A model generated the notes under the pieces. It ran no database searches and had not been told where the DNA came from. It worked only from the letters and a program-made list of their open reading frames with translations. Positions 28,121-43,182 of a stretch of 64,000 nt of DNA are shown here, piece by piece. The first letter of the stretch is position 1; the number at the start of each line of letters is the position of its first letter. The stretch is from Eledone cirrhosa (Eukaryota). The position numbers were made by a program, and so were the translations under genes. Location of the stretch: positions 299,026,001-299,090,000 of the forward strand of contig OZ024740.1 in NCBI GenBank assembly GCA_964016885.1, written 5' to 3'.

Positions 28121-28727
28121 GGTCGCTGCCAACTCCTTTTCGAGTACGGCCACTACTTTATATCCATGTAGGAGAACCCCTACCGATGCGCTGAACAAGT
28201 GTGACTTTTTAGTCCAGCCAGCGACTTGAAAACTCTGGTACAAACACTACACTTGTGACAATTATTGACACATAGTGCTGGGCCCATGGTACCATGTGAC
28301 GAGAAGTGCAGAGAGATCTCCAGATATAAAGAAATGCCTGTGCTGTGAAGCTTTTATAGTGAGCAAAGGCACTGCACAAAGCCAGTGCCACTCTCTTAAC
28401 CAAGATGATATTTACCAAAAAGAAGAACAAGTCAACATCATTGGATACCATCAGGGTTGCAGGTGTTGTATCAGAATTTTCCTTCTCCTAGAATTCTGCC
28501 TTGACAAAGGCTAAGGAGTCATCTCTCCCGGTGATTTTGGATGGCCATTGACTCTTAAGAGCTCCTTTGCCCTTTGACAGGTTTTGTTTTTAGTCCTGCA
28601 GGATGTCCAAAGTCACCCTCCTCACCAAGAAACGTTGGTGGGGTTGCCAGTTTAGTCGCCAACGACCCGACCATGAGACAGGTTGTACTGGGATACATGT
28701 TACCAGTAGCACCAACTGGTGACCTGA
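28121..28727 (-). mobile_element. Non-autonomous bipartite RTE-derived retroposon, full length
   Basis: Reverse complement of the 22055-22640 family. Confidence 0.8.
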
Positions 28728-28732
28728 CATAG

Positions 28733-28763
<31 letters not shown>

Positions 28764-29314
28764 GCATACATGTATATATTGTAGACATGTATATAGTGTA
28801 TATATATATATACACATATATATATATATATCAATATATATGTGTGTGTGTGTGTGTGTATTTATGTATATACACCTACATACATGCATACATATAGATA
28901 TATTGTAGCTGTGAAGCTGGACCGGGGGTTCATGTTTAACTGCATACCAGTACATATATAATTGTTTCTACTTTTAGCACAAGGCCAGCAATAACCCAGA
29001 ACATTACTGGTACATTATTTTATCGACCCCGTAAGGTTGAAAGGCAAAGTTAACCTGGGCGGGATTTGAACTCAGTCCGTAAAGAGACGTAACTCTATGC
29101 TGGAAAGCATGGCGTCCGACCCTCTACCGATACTGCCAATCCACCGCCCGTACATATATAATACAGGGTTAACTGAGAATGCCTGAATGTGTATACATAC
29201 ACTGCGTATATAGACATGTAAGCGTACAGAATTACTTATTTTCTCATGCACAGGAAAAGAAAGAATATAATCGATTTTCGACCCTGCGAATTGAGGGATC
29301 ATTGCTCTGATACT

Positions 29315-29560
29315 ATGGGCATGTGATTAGAATGTCTCAGGAAAGAATCGCTGGACAGATTTAACAGGCAAAACTTACTGGCAGGAGACCCTAGGGTAGA
29401 CCCCCGAGCAAGATGGTTGGTTAACACCCACGAGCTTGGCTGGTCTCAATAGGGGATCTAGCTGGATCAGTTGGTGATGGTTGCTTCTAACAGGACTCTC
29501 TGGAAGGAGTGATTGACGACTTGCCCCCACGACCTTGTCAGCAATAAGTGGTCGAAGAAG
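29315..29560 (+). mobile_element. RTE-like LINE 3' remnant with (GAA/GAC)n tail
   Basis: YGHVIRMSQERIAGQI..AKLTGRRP.GRP; homologue at 48490-48805. Confidence 0.65.
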
Positions 29561-29691
29561 AAGAAGACGACGACGACGAAGACGAAGACGACGAAGACGA
29601 AGACGAAGAAGAAGGCTCTGCCCTCACGACTCTCCCAGGAATGAAATTGAAGCGATATCATTTTCACAACCTCCTCAAGAATAATATCGGC

Positions 29692-29694
29692 GAA

Positions 29695-29725
<31 letters not shown>

Positions 29726-29937
29726 GAGTAGAAGAAAAAGAAGGAGAAGAAGAAGAAGAAGAAGAAGAAGAAGGGGGAGAAGAAGAAGAAGGAGAAGAAG
29801 AAGCAGAAGAAGAAGAAGAAGAAGAAGAAGAAGAAGAAGAAGAAGAAGAAGAAGAAGAAGAAGAAAAAGAAGCAGAAGAAGAAGAAGAAGAAGAAGAAGA
29901 AGAAGAAGAAGAAGAAGAAGAAGAAGAAGAAGAAGAA
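29692..29937. repeat. (GAA)n microsatellite
   Basis: Direct reading. Confidence 0.95.
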
Positions 29938-29975
29938 TTGACATGTTTACATATCTACTTACTCAATGTCTATAT

Positions 29976-30262
29976 CAGTCATGGGCAATCTGCGGCCCGC
30001 GAAGCTTTCTGAAGGGCTCGCCTAAGTCACCGAAGTGAAATCTTTCTGATTTTTTTTTACCCCAATTTTTCAGTCGTAATTTATCTTTCTATCATTTTTA
30101 CGATCGAGGAAAACACGTGTACGAATTCTGGAGAAACAAATCAAAACCTGAGTTACTGTCCTTTTTTAATGTGGACACGAATGTAAATTAGCGTTTGCGG
30201 CCCGTCTGATGATGAATCATATCTCATGCGGCCCGCTTCTCGAAAAAAGTTGCCCATTCCTG
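29976..30262 (+). mobile_element. hAT-type MITE; inverted second copy at 48178-48443
   Basis: TIR CAGTCATGGGCAA / TTGCCCATTCCTG, GCGGCCCG subterminal motifs, internal homology to the 48 kb copy. Confidence 0.8.
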
Positions 30263-33200
30263 GTCTAATGAAGAAAAACGATGAAGATTCGTTAACATGT
30301 ATTTAGTTATTTATTGTGTATCGACCTCTGATGCGTATTTCACAGGGGGTTGGTTCAATGGACCCGATTCAATTATCAATTTGCTCCTCAGGCTAGCAAA
30401 AATCTAAATACATGTAAACGAAACTTCATCTTTTTTTAAAAATATATACACTCTGCCCTGTGCATCGAGTTCTCATTTTGGTACCACCACCGGTAATTCA
30501 CTGAATCACATATACTCAATGTCTATGCATTGGCAACATTGGAATAAATCGTTGTTTATGTTAATCAATGAAATATATGAGATAGTTCACCTAGCTCTGG
30601 TTATTCTCTTTCTTTGTGGGAATATGCATCAGTTGATCTGGTAAGTGGGCTTAAATCTGTGACAGAATTAGCGGGAGTTATTGGTTTGTGCCCTAAAAAT
30701 ATTTCTAATGAGCTGGCATAATCACAATAGAGACGACAACAGTCAAGTGATATTGAGTAATGAGGTGTATCGACCTATTGGAGGCGCGTGGCTTGGAGGT
30801 AACGTTGTTGAACCTACGATCATAATATCGTGGGTTCGATTCCTGGATGGGTTATGTGTTGTGTTCTTGAGCAAGTCACGTCATTTCACGTTGCTGTAGT
30901 ATATCCAGTTGAAAATAAGTACCAGCAATAGGTAGTGGCTTATCCCTGCGATGGACTGGCGTCCTGTTCAGGGAGCAGTCTTGTACTTTCAGTCGCTTCA
31001 CGTCACGAAACCCGGATAAGCCTTTAGGCTTGAGACAGACTCAGTCGCCATTTCTAATTAGTGTGTGGGAGTAGCATTAGTAGTAGTGGGAATAATAGTT
31101 GCAAGATTAGCGCTAACCTCTTCAATGTATGTAAGGGACATTTTTCTCGAGTATCTTAGCGTAGCTTTTAACAAGATGTGAAGTCCATTTTATTTCGAGA
31201 AGATTGCTCTCGATTTGCTGGTTGATGTACTTTTCAGTTTCAAAGTTAACTCGCTGCATTAGCTATTACATGGTGAATTATTTGATGTCTTTGGCAAAGT
31301 TGATTATGATTCATTAGCATATTGATCTCGTGGTTTTATCAGTTTAAATGTTTTCTATTGTTTATGTTAGCTATATTGTGTTATTCACAATATTTGGTTA
31401 AAACCCCACAGAATTCAAATCTCTCACATTTATGTATAGAATTACTACTTAAATGCTGCAACAAATAAAATTTGAGCTGCTCTTAGAGATATTGATATAT
31501 TTATTTTTCATAATATGCCAGGAATGTATCACTGAAGTAGAAATTTGGCAAATAGAATAGGTTGTGAGCGATAAAGTGTAATATGGTATGGTGTGCACTC
31601 GTAACCTCCGAGGGAGTAGTAGAGGCACCATATTGAGATATGGCGTTTCTGACGACATTTTTAAACTTGGAGAAGCCCACCCACCCCATGCGCGCCTGAG
31701 CACAGTGGATTTCTTCAAGAAAGGGATAGAGAGTAAGAGAAAGGAAGTGAGAGAAATATAGACGAAGAATCGTCTCCAATACTAACTAGACTGTACGTGT
31801 TTTATCGACCTCGAATAAATGAAAGCAAAGTTGACCTCAGCAGGATTTGAACAAAGATAGAGAGCAGTAATAAATACGGCGAAGCACTCAATCCGACATT
31901 CTAGTGACTCTGCTAATTCGCCATAATATATATATAGTCTAATTGAATAAGAAAACCCAAAAGAATTCAAAAGACATGAGTATTCTTAGAAGTTACAGTA
32001 CTGGAGGAAGAGGCGAAGATATGGCCCAAACTTAATAAACATAAGTTAGCACATGTTACAATTAAGTAGCAAGACAAATATGTAAAATACATGGAGCACA
32101 TTAAAGCCCTTGGAGAAAGTTACAAACGAGAAAATATTTCATTTTTCTGTTGGTACTACAATACTGATATGTATTTCCACCAATCTACTGTTTATAAAAT
32201 AAGTGTCAACAATATACTAGACACTATTCTATGAACCCCGCCCCCGCAAATAAATGAATTACTAGTGAATATTCCTTTGCATTTTTTATACATTGTAGAA
32301 AGAAATGAATATTACAATCGCCATTTCAATATTGTAACAATTTGAAATATATATAATTGAGATATCTTATTATAATGTCATTACAATTAGATTAACAATA
32401 AGGCAGATTGAAAGACTGGAATAATTTAAATATGACATTACAGCTGAGGTCAATTTCGCCTTTCATCATTTCGGGTTTAATAAAATAGTACTGGGTCGAT
32501 TTAATCTTCTTTTCTCACATCCTAAATTGCTAGCACTGTGCCAAAATTAGAAGCCATTAGTTTTAGTTGTATCTTTAATTTAGAAAGTTTAAAATATTTC
32601 AAATATGACATCAATTTACTCTTCCTCATGATACATTTTTTCCTATAACACGCCATTATTTATGTCTTCTGAAACAGCAATAAACTTCTGATCAGAAATG
32701 TTAGGGTACATTGGATTATAACATATTAGGTTAAATTTAAACCCCACGGTGGCCTATTTTACTTTTCATCCGACAGAAGATTAAATTAAGTAGTAAAATC
32801 TAATGATAAACTAACAAACACTGTAATAGCATTGGCGCTATTGCTCTAGAGGATGGAAACTTTGAGGGACATTCCACTCCAATTAAGTCACCGTTTTGGT
32901 TTTGAACACTTTAGATGTAGGGGAAATCGCCACTATATTGGAAGAATACAATTAAGTTACGGGAATACGCCATTGCCCGTTACTTGTCGGTAGGTTTATA
33001 ACTCGCCACTTGGAGAGGAAATCTATGTTGGCTGATGGCTTGGTTAAGTTGTTCAGAATATGGTTCGGATAAGACCTCCAGGTAGATAAGAACTGGAAAG
33101 GTTTCGTGATTAAAGTGTCTAAATTCACTCAGAAATGGACCGAGAGTAAGTTTTATTTTTTTATTATTCTTTTTCTATTAAAGGTCAGACTGAACTGGTT

Positions 33201-33699
33201 GACATGCATACCACTTCAGTTGTGTGCTATCATCTAGCCGTCATGCCTTGTTGCAAGAAATATGTGACCAGATTGGAGTGCAAGTTATTTTACTTCTTGT
33301 AGATGGATCAGGTTTCACTAGGAAATCTATCTGTTGTCAACACTTCATGGTGGTGTTGGAATGCCATCATTTGAGATGCACAGACACAGCCCAAGGCTGA
33401 CGTTTCTGAAATACCCTGACCACTGCGTCAACGATGGGGTAAACAAAAAAGGCCAATCAATGTGGGCGGCTTTTGCGTGACATTTTTTCTTTCTAAACAG
33501 AGCAATAGAGTAATCTGGGATTTTATGCGGGGTTTTCACTCGAATTATTCTAGATTATCTTCTTGCTGACTTAATATTGGTTTCGTTATATGTATTGTTT
33601 TTCTGGATTTCGCCTTCTTTCTGTTCTATATAAACCATTCTATATTTTATTTTAATTTATTTTGTTTTACCTTCAATGCATTGCGTCTTTATTGCCAAT

Positions 33700-35025
33700 A
33701 AAATAAATATATCCGGTACCAAGATTTAAAGTGGGAACTGAAAAGGATTTGGGACTGTCATGAGATCAAGGTCATCCCTATCGTCAAGGAAAGACTAGGT
33801 AAATCTCGAAGAGTTTCCAAGCCTGGCTAAAGAACATTATCCCAGCCCCCTGTTTTGGAGGACTCCCCGATACATCCTGAATATCTGAGGCTGAAGGAAC
33901 GGCTTGTTCTTCATTAGAGCAAATGTTTCGGTTAAATAACAACAATAACTAAGATATCAACGTAATAATAATAATGGTTTCTGATTTAGGCAAAGGCCAA
34001 TAATTTTGGGGAAGGGGAAAGTCGATTAAATCGACCCTAGTGCATTTCTGGTACTTTATTTTATAGACTCCGTAAGGATGAAAGGCAAAGCAAACCTTGG
34101 CGGATTTGAACTCAGATTGTAACTCTATGCTGCAAAGCATGGTGTCTGACGCCCTACCGATACTGCCAATCCACCATGCGCTGCTTAACTGAGGTAGAAA
34201 TATCTCAGATTAGTGACGCTGAACGGAAGCTGCAGATGAACAACAAATGGTGGTTGGAACAGAAGATGAAGCCGTGTCTACGGTTGAAGGCAGAGAGAAA
34301 AATGTGCAGCAGGAACAGAGTAATTGTGATGGGACTGTTAGGGCTGCTGAAGAGTGATGTTATTCATTGAATCCTGGCATGGATGAGAACGAGAACGGTG
34401 ATACAAGACAAGGGAGTCATTTGGACGATTAGTCTCTTGAGTTACGTAGAGGGCTTATGGATTTGATTAATGCCCCAGAAGAAAGAATCCCATTGAATAT
34501 GAGAAAGGTAGATAGAAGGATGATAATTGAAATGACAAAGAAGATAAATGCTGTCATACTACACATCCAGACAGAAGACATAACGCAAACTAGGAAACTT
34601 ACCTGAGATGTTGCACTGCTTGTAGAGGAGCAAATGCGACTGGCAACCACTAAACAGAGTAAGAACCACGGTGGAAAAGACGCATTGAAAATGCCATAAT
34701 GCGGGGAAGGTAATCGAAGTAAAATTGAGCAATGGACTAGAGGAGATTCACCAACCTTTTTGCTTGAAAAGGCCACCTTAACATTCCAAATTTAGATGAG
34801 GAGACACTTCACGTTTTTATAATGACAGACTTGCAGTTGAAGCGTTTTTAATCAAAACTCGTTAGACACATTTGTCTTTTTATTTTTCCGAGAAAGTCTT
34901 TTGAAGTCTGTCGAGTTATCTATATTTTGAAGGAAATAGAAAAATACACACTCACAAACGCACACACATACTAACAAACACACACACTCTCACTCTCTCT
35001 GTCTCTCTCACACACACACGCACAA

Positions 35026-35083
<58 letters not shown>

Positions 35084-36200
35084 GCGTGACGGACAAACAG
35101 AGAGACCGAGTGACAGACAGACAGGTTTCCGTTTATTATATAGATTACTACTACTGCTAGTTTGCAAAGTAGTTTCAATTTATATAAAAATATTTGAAAC
35201 GTATAAAAAAATCCTGTCATGCAGTTTCTGGCTACGTACAATCTGATAGAGAAGAGCATAATTCTTATCTTGTTCTGAGGGCCGCACTGGATATCGAGGA
35301 GGAAATATACAAAGATATATTATCATAAGGTCAGGCGATGTGAAAGATCAAGTAACCAAGATATCAAACTAGAAAGCCCCCGGACCAGACTGGAATCCAC
35401 GGCTTTTGCTTGAAAAGATGCAATGCTGTACATGAAAGACTGATAACACAATTGAATGAATGTTTCTAGAGAGGTGCTGTCCCTGCCTGGATGGTTACAG
35501 GTAGGACAACACTTATGATAAAAGATAGAAGTAAGGAGAATCCTCTTGGAAACTACCATCATATAGCATTCCTAAACATAATATGGAAGTTTCTCACTGG
35601 GATATTTGCGGGTAAGACATATGCTTTTCTGGCACAGGAAGGAATCCTACCAAGGGAAGAGAAAGGATGTAGGAAAAGATCCTAGGGCACCAAGGATCAC
35701 CTGGTTATTGATAAGACAGTTTTGAGGATTGTAAGAAACTTCACATAAATCTGTCAAAAGCATGGATTGACTTTAAGAAGGTATATGATATGGTGACCCA
35801 TTCCTGGATTGGTGAATGTCTGCGGATGTCTTGGATTGGTGAATGTCTGCTGACCACATCTCAAAGTTTATGCAGAATAGCATGCCAGAGTGGAAAACCA
35901 AGTTATCCTCAAGCAATGACTTTCTAGGAGTAGAAATTAAAAAAAGGTATTTTCCAAGGGGACTCATTCTCACCGTTACTATTTGTTATAGCACTGATAC
36001 AAATAACACTGCGCAGGTCTTTGAGCACCATAATTGAAAGCTATTAAAGAAAGTAAGTCTAACAGTAAGATGGGACCTCTAGAGAAAACAACACACCTTG
36101 GAACTGCCAGGATAATCAGACAAATGCTTGACTATTGAAGGTGCCACCTCAGTCTACTGATTGTGGACAGCCGGCATAAGAATTGCACCACCAGCAACAA
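33700..36200 (+). mobile_element. Fragmented R4/Dong-like non-LTR retrotransposon(s) interrupted by a SINE, microsatellites and other inserts
   Basis: WMVTGRTTL...NYHHIAFLNIIWKFLTGI...EEKGCRK..GTKDHLVIDK, AWIDFKKVYDMV.HSWI, FQGDSFSPLLF, C-terminal LGTARIIR; a separate C-terminal piece YQDLKWELKRIW...VIPIV near 33715. Confidence 0.85.
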
Positions 36201-39200
36201 ATGGGGAGGGGAAAGTTGATTAAATCGACTCCAGTACATTCCTGGTACTTTATTTCATTGAGCCCGTAAGGATGATAAGTAAAGCTAAGCTCGGCGGGAT
36301 TTGAACTCAGAACGTAAAGAGACGTAACTATATGCCGCAAAACATATTGTCCGACACTCTACCGATAATGCAATTCCACCACCATATTATTATCACTATA
36401 ATTATTGTTGTCATTATTGTTGTTCTACGCATAAACACATTGTGTTTGATTTTCTGTTTTAACATACATATGCATAGTATTATACAACATTATTAATATT
36501 TGTTAGAATAATCAGATTCTTGTATGAAGTTATTGATCAGAACAATATTATATTTTGGCTCCTGTGGTACGTTGCAACCCTTTGAGCAGTTGTCGAATTG
36601 CTATTCCATATAAAATCCACAAATAAAAGCATATTTTCAGATAATTATGTTAATGGAGTCAGTCAATACATTTTTGCTTGCATAGAATATATAATATACA
36701 ATGCCAGACACACTTGGCTCCTTATTAACATAAAAACTATTCTACACATTCAATAAAAGTGTTTCTACTCGAGACAAAATGACTAATGTTTAGATTTGTG
36801 AGTCGTATGCTTATTTTCAAGGAGTACCATCGGAAGGACAAAATGCTGTGATGGTTTACGATTGGAACAACTTGTACAGTTAATATAAAAAAATATCAAA
36901 ACATTAAAATGAGAAGCATGCTTGAGATATAAATTGCCATCCTCTTAAAGCTAAAAATATTGCAGTCATTCCAAAGGTTTGACTACACGACCACACAACT
37001 CAATATTCCGATTTTGTTTACATCAGTAACAAAAACAATTTCAGAGAATGAAATTTTCACGTTTAGCCATATATTTAGACAAAGATGATGGTTGAAAGCG
37101 TGTTATTTTCGTAATAAAACACTGTCGGCTATTAACAGAATCTCCCAAAGGCCAGGCTATAAAATGAAACAGTGTTCGTAAATAAGCATCAGAAAAGCTT
37201 TAAAACTGCAATGCCGATAGGTTCCTTTGCCCTCTGGCCAAGTTAGACCGAAATGACCACATAACTTTAGCTACATACTCATGAATAACTTCGAAATAAA
37301 ACTTTTCTATTGGGAATAATAAAGAAATAGATATTTTACGAACAGTGGCGTTGATATGGTTCTCGGGTTACTCAACAAAGTCAATTGTTCACAACATGGT
37401 GAAACAAACTCAGTTATAGAGATCAATTTATAAGAGAGATTTGACTTTAGTGGCTGCAACCATTCACATCGTTCACTGATACGATAATAAAATGAAAAAA
37501 TAAAAGGTCATGCTATGGATACCTTTAGAAATTGATAAACATTGTGAGACCATTAAAAAAAGAAAAACAAACCAGCAGATAAACAACAACTACATAAAAG
37601 ATACGCCTGATAAAGAAATAAATGATAGGAACAAATTGTTAAAATAAAGATAAAAACAATTTGAAAAGATAATATAAAAAATATTCGAAACACCAAAATA
37701 TTTAAAAGATAGAGAAATAAATATAGTAAAATGTGAGGTTCTTAACAAATAGATGTACCTTAGCAACTATACAAAATAAATTATGTAACAAAAAGAGACT
37801 GAAACATACACAACAGTTTCGTGCTATAATAGAAATAAAACAATGAAAAGCAAATAGAAAAGTTGACAAAATTTAGTGCTGCATGATACTAAAAAAAAAA
37901 AAAAAAGTAATAATAATAATAATCATACGAAACGTTTTAATCATTCATAAAGATCTTTGTCACACAAACTATAAAGTTTAACAAACTAAAGAATTGTAAC
38001 TGGTCAAGTTTATAGATAGCTGTCGCTGTGTCAGACAACCGAGTTGTCTATAACTTTTTTGTATGGCTTATTAAGATGAAGTAAAAGGTGGCGAATTGGC
38101 AGAGTCGTTAGAGCGTCGGATAGAATACTTTGCGGTATTCGTTCCGACTCTCTTCTCCCTGAGTTCAAATCACGCCGAGGTCAACTTTGCCTTTCATCCA
38201 TTCGAGGTTGATAAAAAAGTATAAGTCTAGTACTTGTGTCGATTCTTCCTCTATATCTCTTTCTCAATTCCATTCGCTCACTCTAATTCTCTGGAGGAAA
38301 TCTGCTGTATTCAAACCTGGAGAGGATCGGGCTCCACCAGGTTTTTATAATGCCTTAGAAATACTGTATATAAATATGGCGCCCCTACGACTTCCTTGGG
38401 AGTTACGGGTCCTCACATGCCTGCATTAAAAGCCCCATGGTATTTTGGATCCTCTCCACTGGTGAGGGGAACTATCAAAATTATCTTCCGGTGCCTAGTG
38501 TGAATGCTTGCAATAGAACTAGATGGTGGTGTAAAACCGAGTGAAACATTAAGACTGCCACCCCCAAAATAGGTACAGTTTCCGCCTATCTATTTTCACT
38601 TATAGGGCTTAATAGAAGACTCTTGCCTAAGGTCCTGTGCTGTTGGGTCGAACTTTGAGCTATATGATTGTGAAGCGAACTTCTTAGCAGCATGACCATT
38701 ATATGAAAATATAGTTGTCAATCAATATAATCAGTGACTTTGTGGTGTGAGCGTTGTGCTCATAATAGTAAGATTGTAAATTCGAATCCTCCCCGGCGTC
38801 ACTGGTGCCAAGCTGTATCAATCTTTGCCTTTCCCTTGGATAACATCTGTGGCGTAGAGAGGGGAGACTGATATACACGGGCGAATGCTGATCTTCCACA
38901 AACACAAGCTGCCCAGGCTTGTCCTTCGGAGGGAAACTCTCTAGGTGCAAAACCATGGTCATTAGTGACAGAAGGAGGCCTTCGAGTTGTCAATAGCTCC
39001 AAATCACCACCAGAACCAGGCTCTATATTGTATAATAGACAAATGTTTTGTTATCTTTACAATGTGCTTATCCCGGTTTGGTGGCGTGAAGCGACTGAGA
39101 GTACACGACTCCCTACTAAACAGTACGTCACTCCACCTCAGGGTTAGACCCCCAGCTATTGCTGGTACTCATTTTCAGCTGAGTATTCTAGAGCAACGTG

Positions 39201-40764
39201 AAATGACGTGATTTTCTCAAGAACAACACATCCCAGGAATCGAACCCATGGCATTATGACCAACACTCTTACCACTAAGCTACATGCATCCATAGGTTGA
39301 TACACGTCACTGCTGAATATGACTTGACTGTTGTCATCCTTGTTGTGATTATGCCAGCTCATTCGAAATATGTTCAGGGCCACACACATTAGTCAATGTG
39401 TTATTTCTCTTCCAAACACAATAAAGTGTTATTTTAAGGAGATCTAGCTACCATATCTAGCGGGTCAACGGACAACGCAGAAGGTTCTATTTTGGCTGCA
39501 AAATCGCAATATTATTAACAAGTGTTTCATGAGTTCAAATGTGTCACGGCCTAGGTTATGATTACAACACTCACAAACATGACCACGAAACTATTGCTTT
39601 TTCATTATGAACGATAGTATTCAAAAGCGCTTAAGATAGGTATAAACATTTCATAATTTTCGTAATCTAAAGCAATGTTGTCATCGCAGCGTTCGCTCGT
39701 GGTCGAAGATATTTCCAATGATTCTGAAATCCTAGAATCATTCATAAATGAGATTTTTTAGTCTTATAAGTTTGTAGTGGTCCGCCCTCACTGCTCCTAA
39801 TGAATGAGGAGCGATGGCTTGACCTTCAGTGGGAGTTGAATACTTAGGTCGTACTTGAAATTAGGACTCAAAGGAGTGGAATAGTTTTCACAAGGTATCT
39901 CATCCGACGTTCTAACAACTACGCTAATTCAATTCACCTGGCATTTAATTTGCCGTTCCAAAAAAGATGAAAAACAAAGTTGACTTCGGCGGGGAGAGCG
40001 CTAGAATAAATACCACAAAGCAGCCTGTCTAACGACTCTGCCAATTCGCCTTACTTAAGTCAACCATATAACTACATTAAGGATCAAATAGTGATGCCTA
40101 ATGAAGCTTGTTCCACAGTCACTAATTGTATTTACAATGACGATAGGAATCTATAAAAACTTCCACACCTTACCTCAATTACATGAGATTACTTTTGCAG
40201 ATAATTTTAGATTCCTACTGTATAAACTTTGTTTCAATCGAATCAATCACATAGCCCTCCCTGTGGTTACTCAACTGTCTAATATTGTAGCAATATCTCC
40301 GTCAAATCAGACATTACTATGTTGAAAATGTAAAAAACACTAGGTAGAAAAGGAAAGATTGATTGTTCACAGCATGAAAGTCTTTGATCTATATCTTCAA
40401 TATTAGGGCTGAACTTGTGCTAAACAACAAATCCAAGAATTTTCTTTCAAATATCTCTTTCGTACTGCTATCGGTTATATTACTAGCTTGAATATGCTGG
40501 CGACATTTTAGTAAGATTTCAGTGCGCAAAAAGCAAAATAATAAACTGAATAATATTCTGTTTCTTTCTGACAAGTAATAATTTGAATGAAGAGTGTCTA
40601 AAAAGATATTTACTCTTATTTGGTGTTGTGTAGTAAACAGGCACAAAGAAAAAGAGTGTAATGGTATGGCAGTTGTTGGTACAGGCTTACGGCTTTGAGA
40701 GGGATTATTCCCTTCAAGTTCTAATTATTCTATTGTTCTGTTATCACGAAAACTACATGTACAT

Positions 40765-40861
<97 letters not shown>

Positions 40862-40972
40862 CACCAAAGATGATTGAGTTGCGTTACGTTGAGTGCTTTT
40901 CCTACTACTGCATCATGATTAACCATACGGAATGACCAGTTTTATCCAGTGGTGAACCACCAACTTCAAGGA

Positions 40973-41084
<112 letters not shown>

Positions 41085-42644
41085 TATTCACCCCATGCAA
41101 GGCAATAAGCTTACTACAATGCAATGGGCGTTATCGAGAAGGGAAGATGACAAGGCAAAGAAAACATAATTGAAAGCGAAAGAAGATGGTGATTGTTGAT
41201 CCTTTTGAATTTTTGTAAATTGTTCTCGGAAGAGAATTCCATATGTAAGATGTGCGATAGTAGAAACCATTAGAATATAATTTTTTATTGCATTTAGAAC
41301 TATAACTGTAAATGGATGAGATTCAGACGACAATCTGGTACCCTGTTTAAACTCATGAAGACGAAGCAACAAATAGGATAGCTCATCAGAAGAATTTCCA
41401 TGAAATTATAAAAAAGGCAGAGAGACAATATTTCAACTGTGTGATAATGATTGAAGCCGACATTATAAGTCAGGACAAATGTTGATACTTCTTTGGAGTA
41501 CGAGACGATACCCGTAACCCACCCATAAATCATATATAATTAACCTTTTATTTCTAACATATGAGCAATTTGAAATGGGATCTAATTTTCACAGGCCTAC
41601 TACTAACCTTGTTGAGGACTGGTGTAACATATGGAAATTTGGTTACATAGAGATGAAAAGTTAAATATAGAAAATGGATACAGAACGTAAACTTAGGGTG
41701 AGAATTTAATGACATTTTGTCTGATATAAAAAAGAACGCGAAAGCATAATTTTGTTTCCCCTGAAACGAATAATTTCATGAAGGATATCGAACAATTTAT
41801 TTATCCTCATTTAAAGAGAAATAAATGAAAAACAAAGTCATAGAAATATAGAGTTTTAAGTAATTACTATTGGCCTAAGCCGTTTTCTGATTGTTCATTC
41901 GTTTAGGATACATAGACTACTGGAGTAAATGATGTTTCTAAATTGGTAAGTTCTTGTCTTTAGAGACTAAAATCTCAGTAGCAGGACAACCGCATGACTA
42001 GTATCATCAGTGATGCGAAGAGTAACAGAGTGTAGTACTGGTGTAATAAATAACCAAGTCATGTAATCAAAACTGCGGGAGAAAGAATAACAATATTAAT
42101 ATAGATATTTCTAATACTTTTCTTCCTCAAATTCAATGAAATGGAATGACCAGAGAATTACTGCTGAACATTTCAACAGAAGATGGCTGGATCAAAATTG
42201 AAATTGTATTTCTGTATATCTATATCTATATCTATATCTATCTATCTATCTATATATCTATCTATCTATCTATATATATATATATCTATCTATCTACCTA
42301 TCTGTCTCTCTCTTTCCCCCTTTCTCTATGTATATATGTATATATATATATCCGTAGTAGTAGAGCACGCAGTCTATGGGACGAGTTTGGTAGAAGTAGT
42401 TCCACAACAGTTAGTTCACCATACCGAGAACAAATATTCCACTAACTGTTGTAGAACTACTTCTCTCTGTGTGTATATATATAGAATGATTAGGTATCGA
42501 GAGAGAGAGAAGAGAATGGAAAGATGGTCGATACATATATTTAGTTGCAAATAGTTTATGCATGTGTGCTCAATACTCGTGCCTACAGGGTTAAATATTA
42601 AAGGCGTCAATATTTAGTGGGCGAGAAAAAATAAGCAGAGTGAT

Positions 42645-42841
42645 TATAAAGGAAATGAATACAAAGAGTTTAAAACCGTTAAAACATGTTTATATAATTG
42701 TGCACCTACGTACGTTTCGCCTTGAGCGCATTTATAAAGGGCATGAAAAGCATTATTTTGCTTTCCATGCCCATGATAAATCTGCTCAGGGCGAAACGTA
42801 CGTAGGTGCACTAACTGTTTTAAACTCTTTGTATTCATTTC

Positions 42842-42848
<7 letters not shown>
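42645..42848. repeat. Palindromic pseudo-LTR-like insertion carrying only the 3' half of a hammerhead in both arms
   Basis: Inverted arms, each with ggc-GAAACGTACGTA-ggtgcac (palindromic stem III); no CTGANGA. Confidence 0.75.
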
Positions 42849-42896
<48 letters not shown>

Positions 42897-43182
42897 CTCT
42901 CTCTATATATATAATCTATATATGTATTTAGTTACAACAGTGCCATATATAGGTACTTACGTTTTTGTTGTTTGTTACAGTTATATCTAGATGATGGAAT
43001 TGAAAATTGTGATGTTGCTAATAATCGTAGCTATTGGTGGAGGTGGAGATAATAGCTGTGATGGCGGGAGTGACAATTGGGGTGGTATTTGAGGAGCTAG
43101 TGGTTGTGTGTATGGTAGTTGTTGTAGCTATCATCGTTGTTGTGGTTTGGTGGTGCCGGTTGGAGTGGTGGCGGTTGCTATG

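Noticed and set aside
29548-30012. Acidic poly-Glu protein
   Set aside because: Translation of (GAA)n tails bridging a LINE remnant and a MITE
30279-30430. Hammerhead inside a short inverted repeat
   Set aside because: CTGAGGA and GAAA are present on the minus strand but stems I and II do not pair convincingly
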